Counted from the first letter of the stretch, positions 1-7,420 are shown. The stretch: DNA of 37,517 bases from a virus (IMGVR_UViG_3300037043_000397:1-37517), one strand, 5' to 3'. Notes: generated from the letters alone by a model not told the origin. Numbers and translations: made by a program.

Positions 1-1047
1 TCAGGCCATAGCGTCGAGCGGGCTGCGGACGCCCTCACCGGCGTCGCCCATGACGTGCAGGTAGATCATGGTCGTCTCGATGTTGGCGTGGCCCAGCAGC
101 TGCTGGATCTTGCGCACGTCGTGGCCGGCCTGCAGCAAGTGGGTGGCGAAGCTGTGCCGCAACGTGTGGCAGCTGGCGGGCTTGATGATGCCGGCGGCCT
201 TGACGGCGCGGCCCATCATGCGCTGCACGCCATCTTCGTGCAGGTGGTGCCGCCGGATGGCGCCGGTGCGCGGACAGGTGACGTAGGTGTCCGTGGCAAA
301 GACCCACTGCCAGCCGATGGCGCGCGCATAGCCCGGGTATTTCTGCGCCAATGCGTGCGGCAGCTCGACGTCGGCCTTGCCGCGCGCCATGTCGTCGACG
401 TGCCACTGGGTGCGCTGGGCCACCAGGTCGCGCAGTGGCTGCTGCAGCCGCTTGGGCAGCATCACCACGCGGTCCTTGTTGCCCTTGCCCTCGCGCACGG
501 TGATCTTGAGGCCGTCGAGATCGAGATCCTTGATGCGCAGGCGCAGGCCTTCCATCAGCCGCAGGCCGCTGCCGTAGAGCAGCTGCAGGACCAGGCCGCG
601 TGTGCCCGTGACGTGCGGCCATAGGCGCTGCACCTCGGCCTGCGTCAGCACGCACGGCAAGCGCCGGGCCTGTTTGGCGCGCGGGATCTCGTCGATCCAC
701 GGTAGCTCGATCTGCAGCACCTGCTTGTACAAGAACAGCAGCGCGGCCAGCGCCTGGCGCTGGGTGCTGGCGGCGACGTCGCGCTCGGTCGCCAGCCAGG
801 TCAGGAACTGCCGGATCTCGGGCGCACCCAGTTCCACCGGATGCCGCTTGCCAGACCACAGCACAAACATCTTCACCCAGTGCCAGTAGGCCTGCTCGGT
901 GCGCCGGCTGTAGTTCAGGGTGCGGATGGCCTCAACCACCTGGCGCTGCAGATCGCCCGGCTTGGGGCCGGCATCCGCGGTGCGGTGTAACGCGGCCTCG
1001 GCTGCGGCCGTAACGGGCTGCACGGTGGGTGGCGCGAGGGATGCCAT
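1..1047 (-). CDS. intI: Integron integrase (tyrosine recombinase, IntI family)
   Basis: N-terminal YSRRTEQAY...HP...VAASTQRQALAALLFLY. Catalytic R (GLR), K (GKGNKDR), HTLRHSFATH, LLGH and TTMIY are present. Carries the IntI-specific insertion ELPHALAQKYP..WQWVF and C-terminal VRSPLD. Exact start uncertain. Confidence 0.96.
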   Translation of the reverse strand: MASLAPPTVQPVTAAAEAALHRTADAGPKPGDLQRQVVEAIRTLNYSRRTEQAYWHWVKMFVLWSGKRHPVELGAPEIRQFLTWLATERDVAASTQRQALAALLFLYKQVLQIELPWIDEIPRAKQARRLPCVLTQAEVQRLWPHVTGTRGLVLQLLYGSGLRLMEGLRLRIKDLDLDGLKITVREGKGNKDRVVMLPKRLQQPLRDLVAQRTQWHVDDMARGKADVELPHALAQKYPGYARAIGWQWVFATDTYVTCPRTGAIRRHHLHEDGVQRMMGRAVKAAGIIKPASCHTLRHSFATHLLQAGHDVRKIQQLLGHANIETTMIYLHVMGDAGEGVRSPLDAMA

Positions 1048-1060
1048 GGTCTGGTGGTGT

Positions 1061-1099
1061 TGTTACGCCGCAGGGTCTGCGGTCGAATTCCTGTTAGCC
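1061..1099 (+). other. attI: attI-like recombination site (core GTTAGCC 1093-1099, crossover G1093/T1094)
   Basis: GTTRRRY-type core 46 bp from the intI start; it is the exact complement of the attC R'' box. Upstream TGTTACGCCGCAGGG resembles the attI1 direct-repeat region (TGTTACGCAGCAGGG, recalled from memory) at a similar distance from the core. Confidence 0.75.
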
Positions 1100-1558
1100 C
1101 TCTTGCGCCAGGCTCGCATGCACGTTGTCCCAGAACATCCGGTCATCGACGCGCAGCAGAAAGCCCTCTTTCATCATGTCGCCGCCAGTGCTGACGATGT
1201 GGGCCGCACAGGTCCAAGCCTTCGCGGTGTCCACGTCGGCCGGCGTGCAACGCTCGATCTTCTCCAGCGCCAGCAGGTGGGGGCACTCGCGCGTCTTCAC
1301 GCCCTTGCAGCACGTCAGGTGGTTGTCCTTCACCGGCACCGGGGCCTGCATGCTGCACTGCTGGTGCGTCTGCGGCAGCGCGTTCTCGCGCTCCTGGCGG
1401 AACAGCATCACCATGCGCGGCACCTCGTCGGCCATGCTCTTGGCTTCGTACATGAAGCGCATGTCGCCCCATTCCTTGTCGGCCTTGCGCCATTCGTCGC
1501 TGTGCCTGTTCACGGCAACGTGCCATTCGTGGCTCAGCGGGTACTGCAACCGTTCCAT
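1094..1558 (-). CDS. Cassette-encoded Cys/His-rich hypothetical protein (154 aa)
   Basis: ATG preceded by GGAGAAAGC, normal amino-acid composition, and TAA stop inside the attI/R' core. Confidence 0.8.
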   Translation of the reverse strand: MERLQYPLSHEWHVAVNRHSDEWRKADKEWGDMRFMYEAKSMADEVPRMVMLFRQERENALPQTHQQCSMQAPVPVKDNHLTCCKGVKTRECPHLLALEKIERCTPADVDTAKAWTCAAHIVSTGGDMMKEGFLLRVDDRMFWDNVHASLAQEG

Positions 1559-1669
1559 GCTTTCTCCACCGGAGGGCTAACCCCTCGCTCAAGCAGACCG
1601 CGAACGGCGGTCACGTTTTCTCGCTCCGTCCAGGCCAGCAGCGCCGTTCACGGCTGCTTAGCTCGAACG
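1094..1669 (+). mobile_element. Integron gene cassette (576 bp) with inverted ORF
   Basis: Bounded by G|TTAGCC (1093) and G|TTGAAC (1669). Circularisation would regenerate a fully complementary R''/R' pair, GGCTAAC/GTTAGCC. Confidence 0.88.
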
Positions 1670-1675
1670 TTGAAC
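1575..1675 (+). other. attC: attC site (101 bp)
   Basis: R'' GGCTAAC 1575-1581, 5-bp spacer, L'' GCTCAAGC 1587-1594, L' GCTTAGC 1656-1662, 6-bp spacer, R' GTTGAAC 1669-1675. The arms pair with unpaired C1590 and A1597 (extrahelical G and T on the bottom strand) and one bottom-strand G-T wobble. Confidence 0.95.
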
Positions 1676-1676
1676 A

Positions 1677-1949
1677 TCACCCCGCCACCGCCCGCGCACC
1701 CACGCGCCGCCGCCCCGTGTTCTCCGGCGGCAACTGCGAGCTCTCCGGCCTGGCCAGACCCCACGCGCGCAGCTCGTCGACCAGCCAGCCCGTGCGCCGG
1801 CCACTGAGGGCGCGGCAGCGGGGGAAGGTCTTGTCCTCGCGCGTCAGCCGCTCGAAGGTGCTGACGCTCAGCGCCAGGTACGCGGCGGCCTGGTCGCGCT
1901 CCAGGTACAGCGGCGTCAGCTGCACCACGGTGGACGTGTTCAGTGCCAT
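1677..1949 (-). CDS. AlpA/excisionase-like HTH DNA-binding protein
   Basis: YLERDQAAAYLALSVSTFERL...FPR.RALSGRRTGWLVDELRAW pattern; GAGAGG SD; last gene of the leftward early arm. Confidence 0.85.
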   Translation of the reverse strand: MALNTSTVVQLTPLYLERDQAAAYLALSVSTFERLTREDKTFPRCRALSGRRTGWLVDELRAWGLARPESSQLPPENTGRRRVGARAVAG

Positions 1950-1957
1950 GCGCCCTC

Positions 1958-2209
1958 TCAGATCAGCCCATCGCCGTCGACGGCGATGTGCACGGGCGGG
2001 TGGGTGTCGCCCAGCACCACCAGGCGCACGGCCAGGCCGGCCTGCAGGCGCTTGAGCTCCTCGGGTGTGGGCATCCAGAAGCTGGCCACGCCACGGGTGC
2101 CGCACTCGTACTGCAACCGCGTCACGGGCAGCGCGCTGCATTGCTCGATGGGCATGCCTTGTGGCGCGCCCAGCACGGCGTTGTTGCTGGGGTAGTGGTG
2201 GCGGTTCAT
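1958..2209 (-). CDS. Phage hypothetical protein (83 aa)
   Basis: C-x-x-LPV...SFWMPTPEEL..L..G..V.L...G..HPPV motif seen in small phage proteins; ATGA overlap with the upstream gene. Confidence 0.7.
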   Translation of the reverse strand: MNRHHYPSNNAVLGAPQGMPIEQCSALPVTRLQYECGTRGVASFWMPTPEELKRLQAGLAVRLVVLGDTHPPVHIAVDGDGLI

Positions 2210-2454
2210 GGTTCGCCTCCAGGCAGCGGCGGGAAGCGTTCCAGCCGCAGCATGAACTGCACCTGGGCGATGCGTTTGGCAACTGGGTCGCCAGGGTCCG
2301 CTTCCAGTACGAGTCGGCCGCCGCAGTCGACGGCGTGCATGAACAGCTCCAGCTGTGGCGCTTTGCCAGCCTCCAGCGTCAGCACGGCCTTGTGCGTGTG
2401 CTTCGGCAGGCCGAGCGCCTTGCTCAGGTCGCGGGTGAGTTCTCGGGCGCTCAT
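2206..2454 (-). CDS. Hypothetical protein (82 aa)
   Basis: ATGA translational coupling on both sides. Confidence 0.65.
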   Translation of the reverse strand: MSARELTRDLSKALGLPKHTHKAVLTLEAGKAPQLELFMHAVDCGGRLVLEADPGDPVAKRIAQVQFMLRLERFPPLPGGEP

Positions 2455-4271
2455 GGATGCGCGCTCTCGAACATGTCCACGGTGTTCGGATCGCGATCAA
2501 GCTCGCGTGCGCCGGCGCAGCCGGCTTCGTCCTTCACTTCCTGCGCCGCAGGCGCGGTCTCCAGCTCGGCCAGGGTGCCGCCCGCGGCCAGGTGGGCCTT
2601 CACCCAGGCGGGTTGCAGCCCGCGGCCAGACCACGTTTGCAGCGTGGCCGCGCAGCGGTACTTCGCGCCCTTGGTGCCCGCCCCTTTCGCCGCCCGCGCA
2701 GCGCTGGAAGGGGTAGATGCACCTTCGGGCGCAGGCGTCTGTACGGGTTCGGCACGTGCCTGGTCGACGTCGATGCCGTACAGCCGGGCCATGCTGGCCA
2801 GCGCGTCGGGTGTGCCCCTCTCCCGGTAGCTGCACACCACGTTGCGCACCAGCACCAGGTCCAGCAGCAGCAGGCCCAGCTGGTCCGGCGTCAGGCCGGG
2901 CAGGCGCGCGATGAGGGCATCGCAGTGGTCCACGCCGTGGGCTTGGCACAGGGTGGGCCAGGCCTCGCTGTCTTCGCTGTCGGTGATCAGGTGCTCCAGC
3001 ACCAGCCGCAGCTCGTCGGCGGTACGGGGCCGGCTGGCAGCCGCGCCGCGCACGGCGGCCAGCAGCCGCTTGTTGGCGGCGGTGTCGGCCGCGGCCTGTT
3101 GCTCGCGCTGCTCGCGGTCGCGCCGGTAGGCCTCGTGGTCGTAGCCCCCGCTCTTCTTCTTCGGCTCGGCCTGGGCCACGCCGGCGGCCTTCAGGTCCGC
3201 GGCGGCCACGGCCTCGAAGGTCTTGCCGGTGCGCGGGTCCTGGATCACCACGGTGGCGGGCTTGGGGCCGGCCACCTTCTTCAGCTCGGCGCGCACGTCC
3301 TTCAGGGCCACATAGGCGCCCTTCACCTCGCCGACTGCGCTGACGGCCTGGCGCGCCTTGTTTCCGGTGATCACGGTCTTGCCCTGGGCCTGCAGCGCAT
3401 CGGCCTGGCGGGCCAGCTGTGCGCGCTTCTTGGCGTCGAAGCACTCGGGGTCGGTGCAGAGCTTGGGGTCACCGCGGTGCACGTAGCCGTGGTACGGGCC
3501 CGGGGTGTCTTGCACCAGGTCGGCAAACTCCGGTGCGTTGGCGCTGAGCTTGGGGCAGCTGCTGCAGGGGCCGGCCAGGGTCAGGGTGGCGTCTTCGGGG
3601 TCGAAGAAGGTGCGGCTCACGTGCAGGGTGAACTTGTCCTTCAGCAGCTCCTTGATCTGGCGGTAGCTCTTGGTGCCGCCGTCCTTCATGTCCAGGTACC
3701 TGCCCTGGATGGCGGCCAGCGCCTTGGCCTGCAGCTTGGCGTGGCCGACGCGGGCCACCAGCAGCGCCACCTCGCTGCCGATCTCGCCCTTGAGGCACGC
3801 ATCGCGCACCTGGGGGCAGGCCTGCAGCAGCTTGAGCCGGCTGTAGACGTAGCTGCGGCTCTTGCCTACGGTCTCGGCCAGCTCGTCGGCGCTCAGGCCG
3901 TCGGCCAGCATGGCCTGCATGCCCTCGGCCTCCTCGATGGGGTGCACGTCGGCGCGCTGCAGGTTCTCGGCGATCTGCGCGCTGCGGGCCTCGGCATCGC
4001 TCATGGCGCGCACCATGCAGGGCACGCTGGCCAGGCCGGCGGCCTCGGCCGCGCGCAGGCGGCGGTGGCCGAAGATCACCTCGAAGCCGTCGTTCACGTC
4101 GTCACGCAGCGGGTTGATCAGGCGCGGGCGCACCAGCAGGGGCTGGTGCACGCGGCCCTCGGCGCGGATGTTGGCGGCCAGCTCGTCGATGCCGGTGAAG
4201 GTGCGGCGCGGGTTGAAGGGGCTCTCGTGCAGCTGCTCGAGCGGGATCTGGGTGATCTGTTCGTTGCTCAT
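2451..4271 (-). CDS. ParB/RepB/Spo0J-family protein with C-terminal H-NS-like DNA-binding domain
   Basis: SPFNPRR, EVIFGHRRLRAA, ENLQRADVHPIEEA and HTH LAETVGKSRSYVYSRLKLL; CxxC..CxDPxC cluster; C-terminal KYRC...TWSGRGLQPAWV. Start at 4271 or 4289. Confidence 0.9.
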   Translation of the reverse strand: MSNEQITQIPLEQLHESPFNPRRTFTGIDELAANIRAEGRVHQPLLVRPRLINPLRDDVNDGFEVIFGHRRLRAAEAAGLASVPCMVRAMSDAEARSAQIAENLQRADVHPIEEAEGMQAMLADGLSADELAETVGKSRSYVYSRLKLLQACPQVRDACLKGEIGSEVALLVARVGHAKLQAKALAAIQGRYLDMKDGGTKSYRQIKELLKDKFTLHVSRTFFDPEDATLTLAGPCSSCPKLSANAPEFADLVQDTPGPYHGYVHRGDPKLCTDPECFDAKKRAQLARQADALQAQGKTVITGNKARQAVSAVGEVKGAYVALKDVRAELKKVAGPKPATVVIQDPRTGKTFEAVAAADLKAAGVAQAEPKKKSGGYDHEAYRRDREQREQQAAADTAANKRLLAAVRGAAASRPRTADELRLVLEHLITDSEDSEAWPTLCQAHGVDHCDALIARLPGLTPDQLGLLLLDLVLVRNVVCSYRERGTPDALASMARLYGIDVDQARAEPVQTPAPEGASTPSSAARAAKGAGTKGAKYRCAATLQTWSGRGLQPAWVKAHLAAGGTLAELETAPAAQEVKDEAGCAGARELDRDPNTVDMFESAHP

Positions 4272-4285
4272 GGTGGTGGCGGTCC

Positions 4286-4681
4286 TCATGCGTTGCGCCA
4301 GATGGCGGTGGTGTCGGCATCGAGCTTGCGCACGCTGACGTCGCAGCCGTTCTTCTTGGCCCAGCTGCTGAAGCTCTTGGCCTGCGCGGCGGTGAGGTCC
4401 ACGCTGTGGCCGGGCTGCAGGCGGGCCCACAGGCCGGCCCAGAATTCGCCGACGCGGCTGCTGTGGAGGCGCTGCACCATCGGCCTGTCGGTGCGGATGA
4501 CCAGCTGCTCGAGCGCGGGCAGCTGCACGCGGGTGCGCTGGCGCTCGGGCGCGGGCGGGGCGGCGGTAGCGGCGCTGCGGCCCAGCGCGAACACGCTGTT
4601 GGCGGGCACGGTGCGCTGCACCATCTTGTCGGGCAGGTCGCCCTGCAGCTTGGGCAGGGGGACGGTGTTCGTCTTGCTCAT
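4286..4681 (-). CDS. Hypothetical protein (131 aa)
   Basis: ATG start, coupled to the downstream gene, phage-like codon usage. Confidence 0.65.
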   Translation of the reverse strand: MSKTNTVPLPKLQGDLPDKMVQRTVPANSVFALGRSAATAAPPAPERQRTRVQLPALEQLVIRTDRPMVQRLHSSRVGEFWAGLWARLQPGHSVDLTAAQAKSFSSWAKKNGCDVSVRKLDADTTAIWRNA

Positions 4682-4693
4682 GGCGGTCTCGGG

Positions 4694-5281
4694 TTAGCGG
4701 ATGGGGGCGGCCCGCAGGCCGTGCATCAGCAGGTCCAGCTGGTCGTACAGGGCGATGCGGCTGCCGTTGTTGGGCAGGGTGGTGTCGACCACCAGGGCGT
4801 CGGCATGGGCCTCGCTTTCGTGCGGGCGCACGGCGGTGGCATCGGCGCGCTGCAGGCGCACCAGCACGCCGCCCTGGGCAGTGAGCCAGTCGGCCTCGTT
4901 CGGGAATCGCACGTCGCTGATGACGACGTTGTCGCCCGTGCGCAGCAGCTCGCGCACACGCAGGGTGGCCACCCGCAGCCAGAAGTCGGGCGCCACGGTG
5001 TTGCGGCCCCACTCGGTGCCCAGGGTCTGCGCCAGGTGGCGGTAGCTGAAGCCCAGCGTGGTGGGCTGCTCTTTCAGCGCGCGCTCGGCCATCCAGGCGC
5101 CGTCGATGCCGGCGGTGTTGAAGAGCGCGCCGATCATGTCGACGATGGGGTCGGCAAAGGCGATGTGCGCGAAGCCGTACTGGTCTTCCAGGTACGCAGC
5201 GGCGGTGCTCTTGCCGCTGCCGGCGCGGCCCGTCAGGCCGATCAGCAGCGGGGGGTTGAGGGGGGGCAGATCCAGCTGCAT
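4694..5281 (-). CDS. Deoxynucleoside monophosphate kinase (phage type)
   Basis: LIGLTGRAGSGKSTAA P-loop, FADP, QTLGTEWGR, VVISDVRFPNEA, HESE motifs. Confidence 0.9.
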   Translation of the reverse strand: MQLDLPPLNPPLLIGLTGRAGSGKSTAAAYLEDQYGFAHIAFADPIVDMIGALFNTAGIDGAWMAERALKEQPTTLGFSYRHLAQTLGTEWGRNTVAPDFWLRVATLRVRELLRTGDNVVISDVRFPNEADWLTAQGGVLVRLQRADATAVRPHESEAHADALVVDTTLPNNGSRIALYDQLDLLMHGLRAAPIR

Positions 5282-5619
5282 CACGCCACCGCCTGCAAGG
5301 CCTGCCGCGCCTGCACGTCGGCCAGCTGCTCGCCCACGCTGTGCGCCGCGGCCTTGAACTCGCCGGCCGTGCGGTAGCGGTGGCGCAGGGTGTAGAAGAC
5401 CAGGCCCACCAGGTCGCGCGGCAGCGCGCGCGGGATGTCCTCGGCCAGGCTGGGCGCCAGGTGGCGCAGGTCCACCAACACGGGCTGCAGGTCGGGCCCG
5501 GGCACGGCGCGCAGGTACTTGTGGGGCGCGCCGTTTACCTGCACGGGCTGCAGGCCGATGGCGCTGCCGTCGCGCCAGATCACCTCGTGGCGCGCGGGCA
5601 GGATGGTCACTTGGCACAT
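5281..5619 (-). CDS. Hypothetical protein (112 aa)
   Basis: AGGAGA SD; TGATG overlap with the kinase gene. Confidence 0.65.
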   Translation of the reverse strand: MCQVTILPARHEVIWRDGSAIGLQPVQVNGAPHKYLRAVPGPDLQPVLVDLRHLAPSLAEDIPRALPRDLVGLVFYTLRHRYRTAGEFKAAAHSVGEQLADVQARQALQAVA

Positions 5620-6020
5620 GGATCGTTCTCCTGGACTTGCGCGGCCGTGCTGGCCGGCGCGTGGGTGATGACGCCGGTGCACTCCTCGAGCACCAGCACT
5701 GCGTGGCCGTGGTCGGTGCGCAGGCGCAGCCAGCTGCCGGTGGCGCTGACCAGTGCGCCGCGGCGCAGGCCGACGGCGCGTGCCTCGGCCTGCATGTGGT
5801 CGGTGGGGTCGGTGCCCAGGTCTTGCAGCACCTGGTAGCGCAGCCCGCGCGGGGGCACGATCTCCAGCACCACCCAGGCGCGCGGGTTGGCGCCGGCGCT
5901 GTAGCGCACATGGGCGTCGTACTCCAGCACGCCGGTGATGCGCACCAGGTCCACGCGCTGCAGGTCTGCCTGGCGCGGGGGCGGGCGCAGCAGGCTGGGG
6001 TAGGTGGCGGCGGCGCTCAT
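5607..6020 (-). CDS. Hypothetical protein, possible SSB/PriB-like OB fold
   Basis: ITGVLEYDAHVR...LRRGALVSATG pattern resembles SSB beta strands; fold call is tentative. Confidence 0.5.
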   Translation of the reverse strand: MSAAATYPSLLRPPPRQADLQRVDLVRITGVLEYDAHVRYSAGANPRAWVVLEIVPPRGLRYQVLQDLGTDPTDHMQAEARAVGLRRGALVSATGSWLRLRTDHGHAVLVLEECTGVITHAPASTAAQVQENDPCAK

Positions 6021-6373
6021 GGCTGGCGGCCCAGGTGGTGCAGGGCGCGCTGGATCTCGGCCACGCGGTCTTCAGCGTTCAGGCGGGCGGCGGCATCCTC
6101 CAGCTGCAGGGTCTTCCAATGCCGCACGCTGTGCTGCGCGTGGTCCAGCCGGCGCTGCAGCCAGCGGCGGTGCAGGCGTCTGTACCGCACGGCCCACCAC
6201 TCGCGCAGGTGCCGCCAGCGCGGCATGGCCGTGGCGCCCATGCACAGGGCGGTGCCGGTGGCCTGGCTGCAGGCCATCCAGTGCACGGCCAGCAGCGTCA
6301 GGCCGATGGTGATGAGCAGGCCCAACACGATGCTGAGCACCTGCTGCGTGGTGGTGGGGCGGCCGGAGCTCAC
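6017..6373 (-). CDS. Small membrane-anchored hypothetical protein
   Basis: GTG start with GGAGG SD and GTGA overlap; hydrophobic segment VLSIVLGLLITIGLTLLAVHW. Confidence 0.55.
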   Translation of the reverse strand: MSSGRPTTTQQVLSIVLGLLITIGLTLLAVHWMACSQATGTALCMGATAMPRWRHLREWWAVRYRRLHRRWLQRRLDHAQHSVRHWKTLQLEDAAARLNAEDRVAEIQRALHHLGRQP

Positions 6374-6903
6374 GCAGCCTCCGCGACGGCGTGAAGCGAC
6401 TCGATGTGCTGGGCCGCATCGGACATGACTGCGGACACGCGGCGCAGCTGCGCGGCGTAGTCCAGGAGGTCCGGGTTGACGGCTGAAGGACTGAAGGGCT
6501 GAACGCTGAATCTGCGGACAGCGCGGGCGCGGGCCCCGTACGACTTGCCGTTGCTGTACTGGCTGCCGTTGTCGAAGCCCTGGCTCCAGGCGCCGAGGCG
6601 GCTGTACTGCGTGCTGGTCCAGTACCAGTCGCCGGTCTGGATGCTGTCTCGCAAGTTGGCGTACAGCAGTGCGCTCTCGTCGCGCGTGGGCACGTGCCAG
6701 TCGCTGAAGCCGTCGGTCCGCAGCGCAGCAGCCCAGTCCAGGGCGGCCTGCCACTTCAGGCTGGCGGGCGGCAGATCCGCGGCCAGGATCAAGTGCTGGT
6801 CAGACTCGCCGTCCTGGCCGCGCACGACGCCGGCGTAGAGCCCGCCCATGCCAGGCCAGGGCTGGCCGATGCGCGGGGGCGTCAGCAGAGGGGTGGGCAT
6901 CAT
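6370..6903 (-). CDS. DUF1566 (Lcl C-terminal / CLec-like) protein
   Basis: IGQPWPGMGGLYAG, W..A..WA, DWHVPTRDE..LLY, WYWTSTQ..AW.Q.F..G.Q....K....ARAVRR. Confidence 0.88.
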   Translation of the reverse strand: MMPTPLLTPPRIGQPWPGMGGLYAGVVRGQDGESDQHLILAADLPPASLKWQAALDWAAALRTDGFSDWHVPTRDESALLYANLRDSIQTGDWYWTSTQYSRLGAWSQGFDNGSQYSNGKSYGARARAVRRFSVQPFSPSAVNPDLLDYAAQLRRVSAVMSDAAQHIESLHAVAEAA

Positions 6904-7349
6904 GCGGCCCTCCGCGCACGCGGCAGGCGGGCCTGGGCCAGCTGCCGGCCCAGGGCCAGGAACTCGCGGTCGTTCTCGCGCCGCGCGAAGTAACCGCGCA
7001 GCAGGTCCACGGCGGCCTCGAAGTGCTCGGCGTCGGCGTTGGCCAGCAGGTTGTCCAGCGCCACCGGGGCCTTCTGGCGCCAGTCGTGGCTGTTGTAGAG
7101 GTTGAGCACCAGGGCCTGCAGGCGCAGCGCGGTGCCGTGGTCGCCCACGATCTTGCTGCGGTGCACGGCGAACGGGCTCTCGCCGGCGGCGATGCGGGCC
7201 CGCGCGGTGGCCGCGGCGGCGTGATGCTGCGCCTCCTGCCCGGCCAGCTCGGCCTGCAGGTCAGCCAGCGTGAAGTCGCGGGCCAGGTTGCGCGGGGCCA
7301 GCGGCGGCGCCGCTACGGGGTGTCCAGATGTCTGCACTCTCGCCTCCAT
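6900..7349 (-). CDS. Hypothetical protein, first gene of the leftward early operon
   Basis: ATGA overlap with the DUF1566 gene; lies just downstream of the PL-like promoter. Confidence 0.65.
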   Translation of the reverse strand: MEARVQTSGHPVAAPPLAPRNLARDFTLADLQAELAGQEAQHHAAAATARARIAAGESPFAVHRSKIVGDHGTALRLQALVLNLYNSHDWRQKAPVALDNLLANADAEHFEAAVDLLRGYFARRENDREFLALGRQLAQARLPRARRAA

Positions 7350-7377
7350 GCAGCCCGGGGTGGGCTGATGGGAGTGA

Positions 7378-7420
7378 AATGTAGCTTGGTGCTAGAACAG
7401 TCGTCAATAGCACCAAGCTA
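7378..7420 (-). promoter_or_regulatory. PL-like promoter with two operator copies
   Basis: Minus strand -35 TTGACG (7407-7402) and -10 TACATT (7383-7378). Perfect 13-bp inverted pair TAGCTTGGTGCTA (7382-7394) / TAGCACCAAGCTA (7408-7420). Confidence 0.75.

Noticed and set aside
1125-1580. Plus-strand ORF ending in the TAA of attC R'', which would be the canonical cassette orientation
   Set aside because: TTG start without an SD, Ser-rich and acid-poor composition, and it shares third codon positions with the minus ORF (typical GC-rich shadow frame). The minus ORF has ATG, SD and normal composition. Not excluded experimentally.
1-1675. Class 1 clinical integron or transposon-borne resistance element
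   Set aside because: No tni, IS, qacE/sul1 or recognisable resistance cassette, and the IntI sequence does not read like IntI1.
4290-5012. N-terminal extension of the 853-aa ParB ORF
   Set aside because: Overlaps two better-supported genes in other frames; ParB similarity starts at about 4271.
6017-6903. Complete diversity-generating retroelement
   Set aside because: No reverse transcriptase, Avd or AAC-rich template repeat is visible in the window; only the target-like gene is reported.
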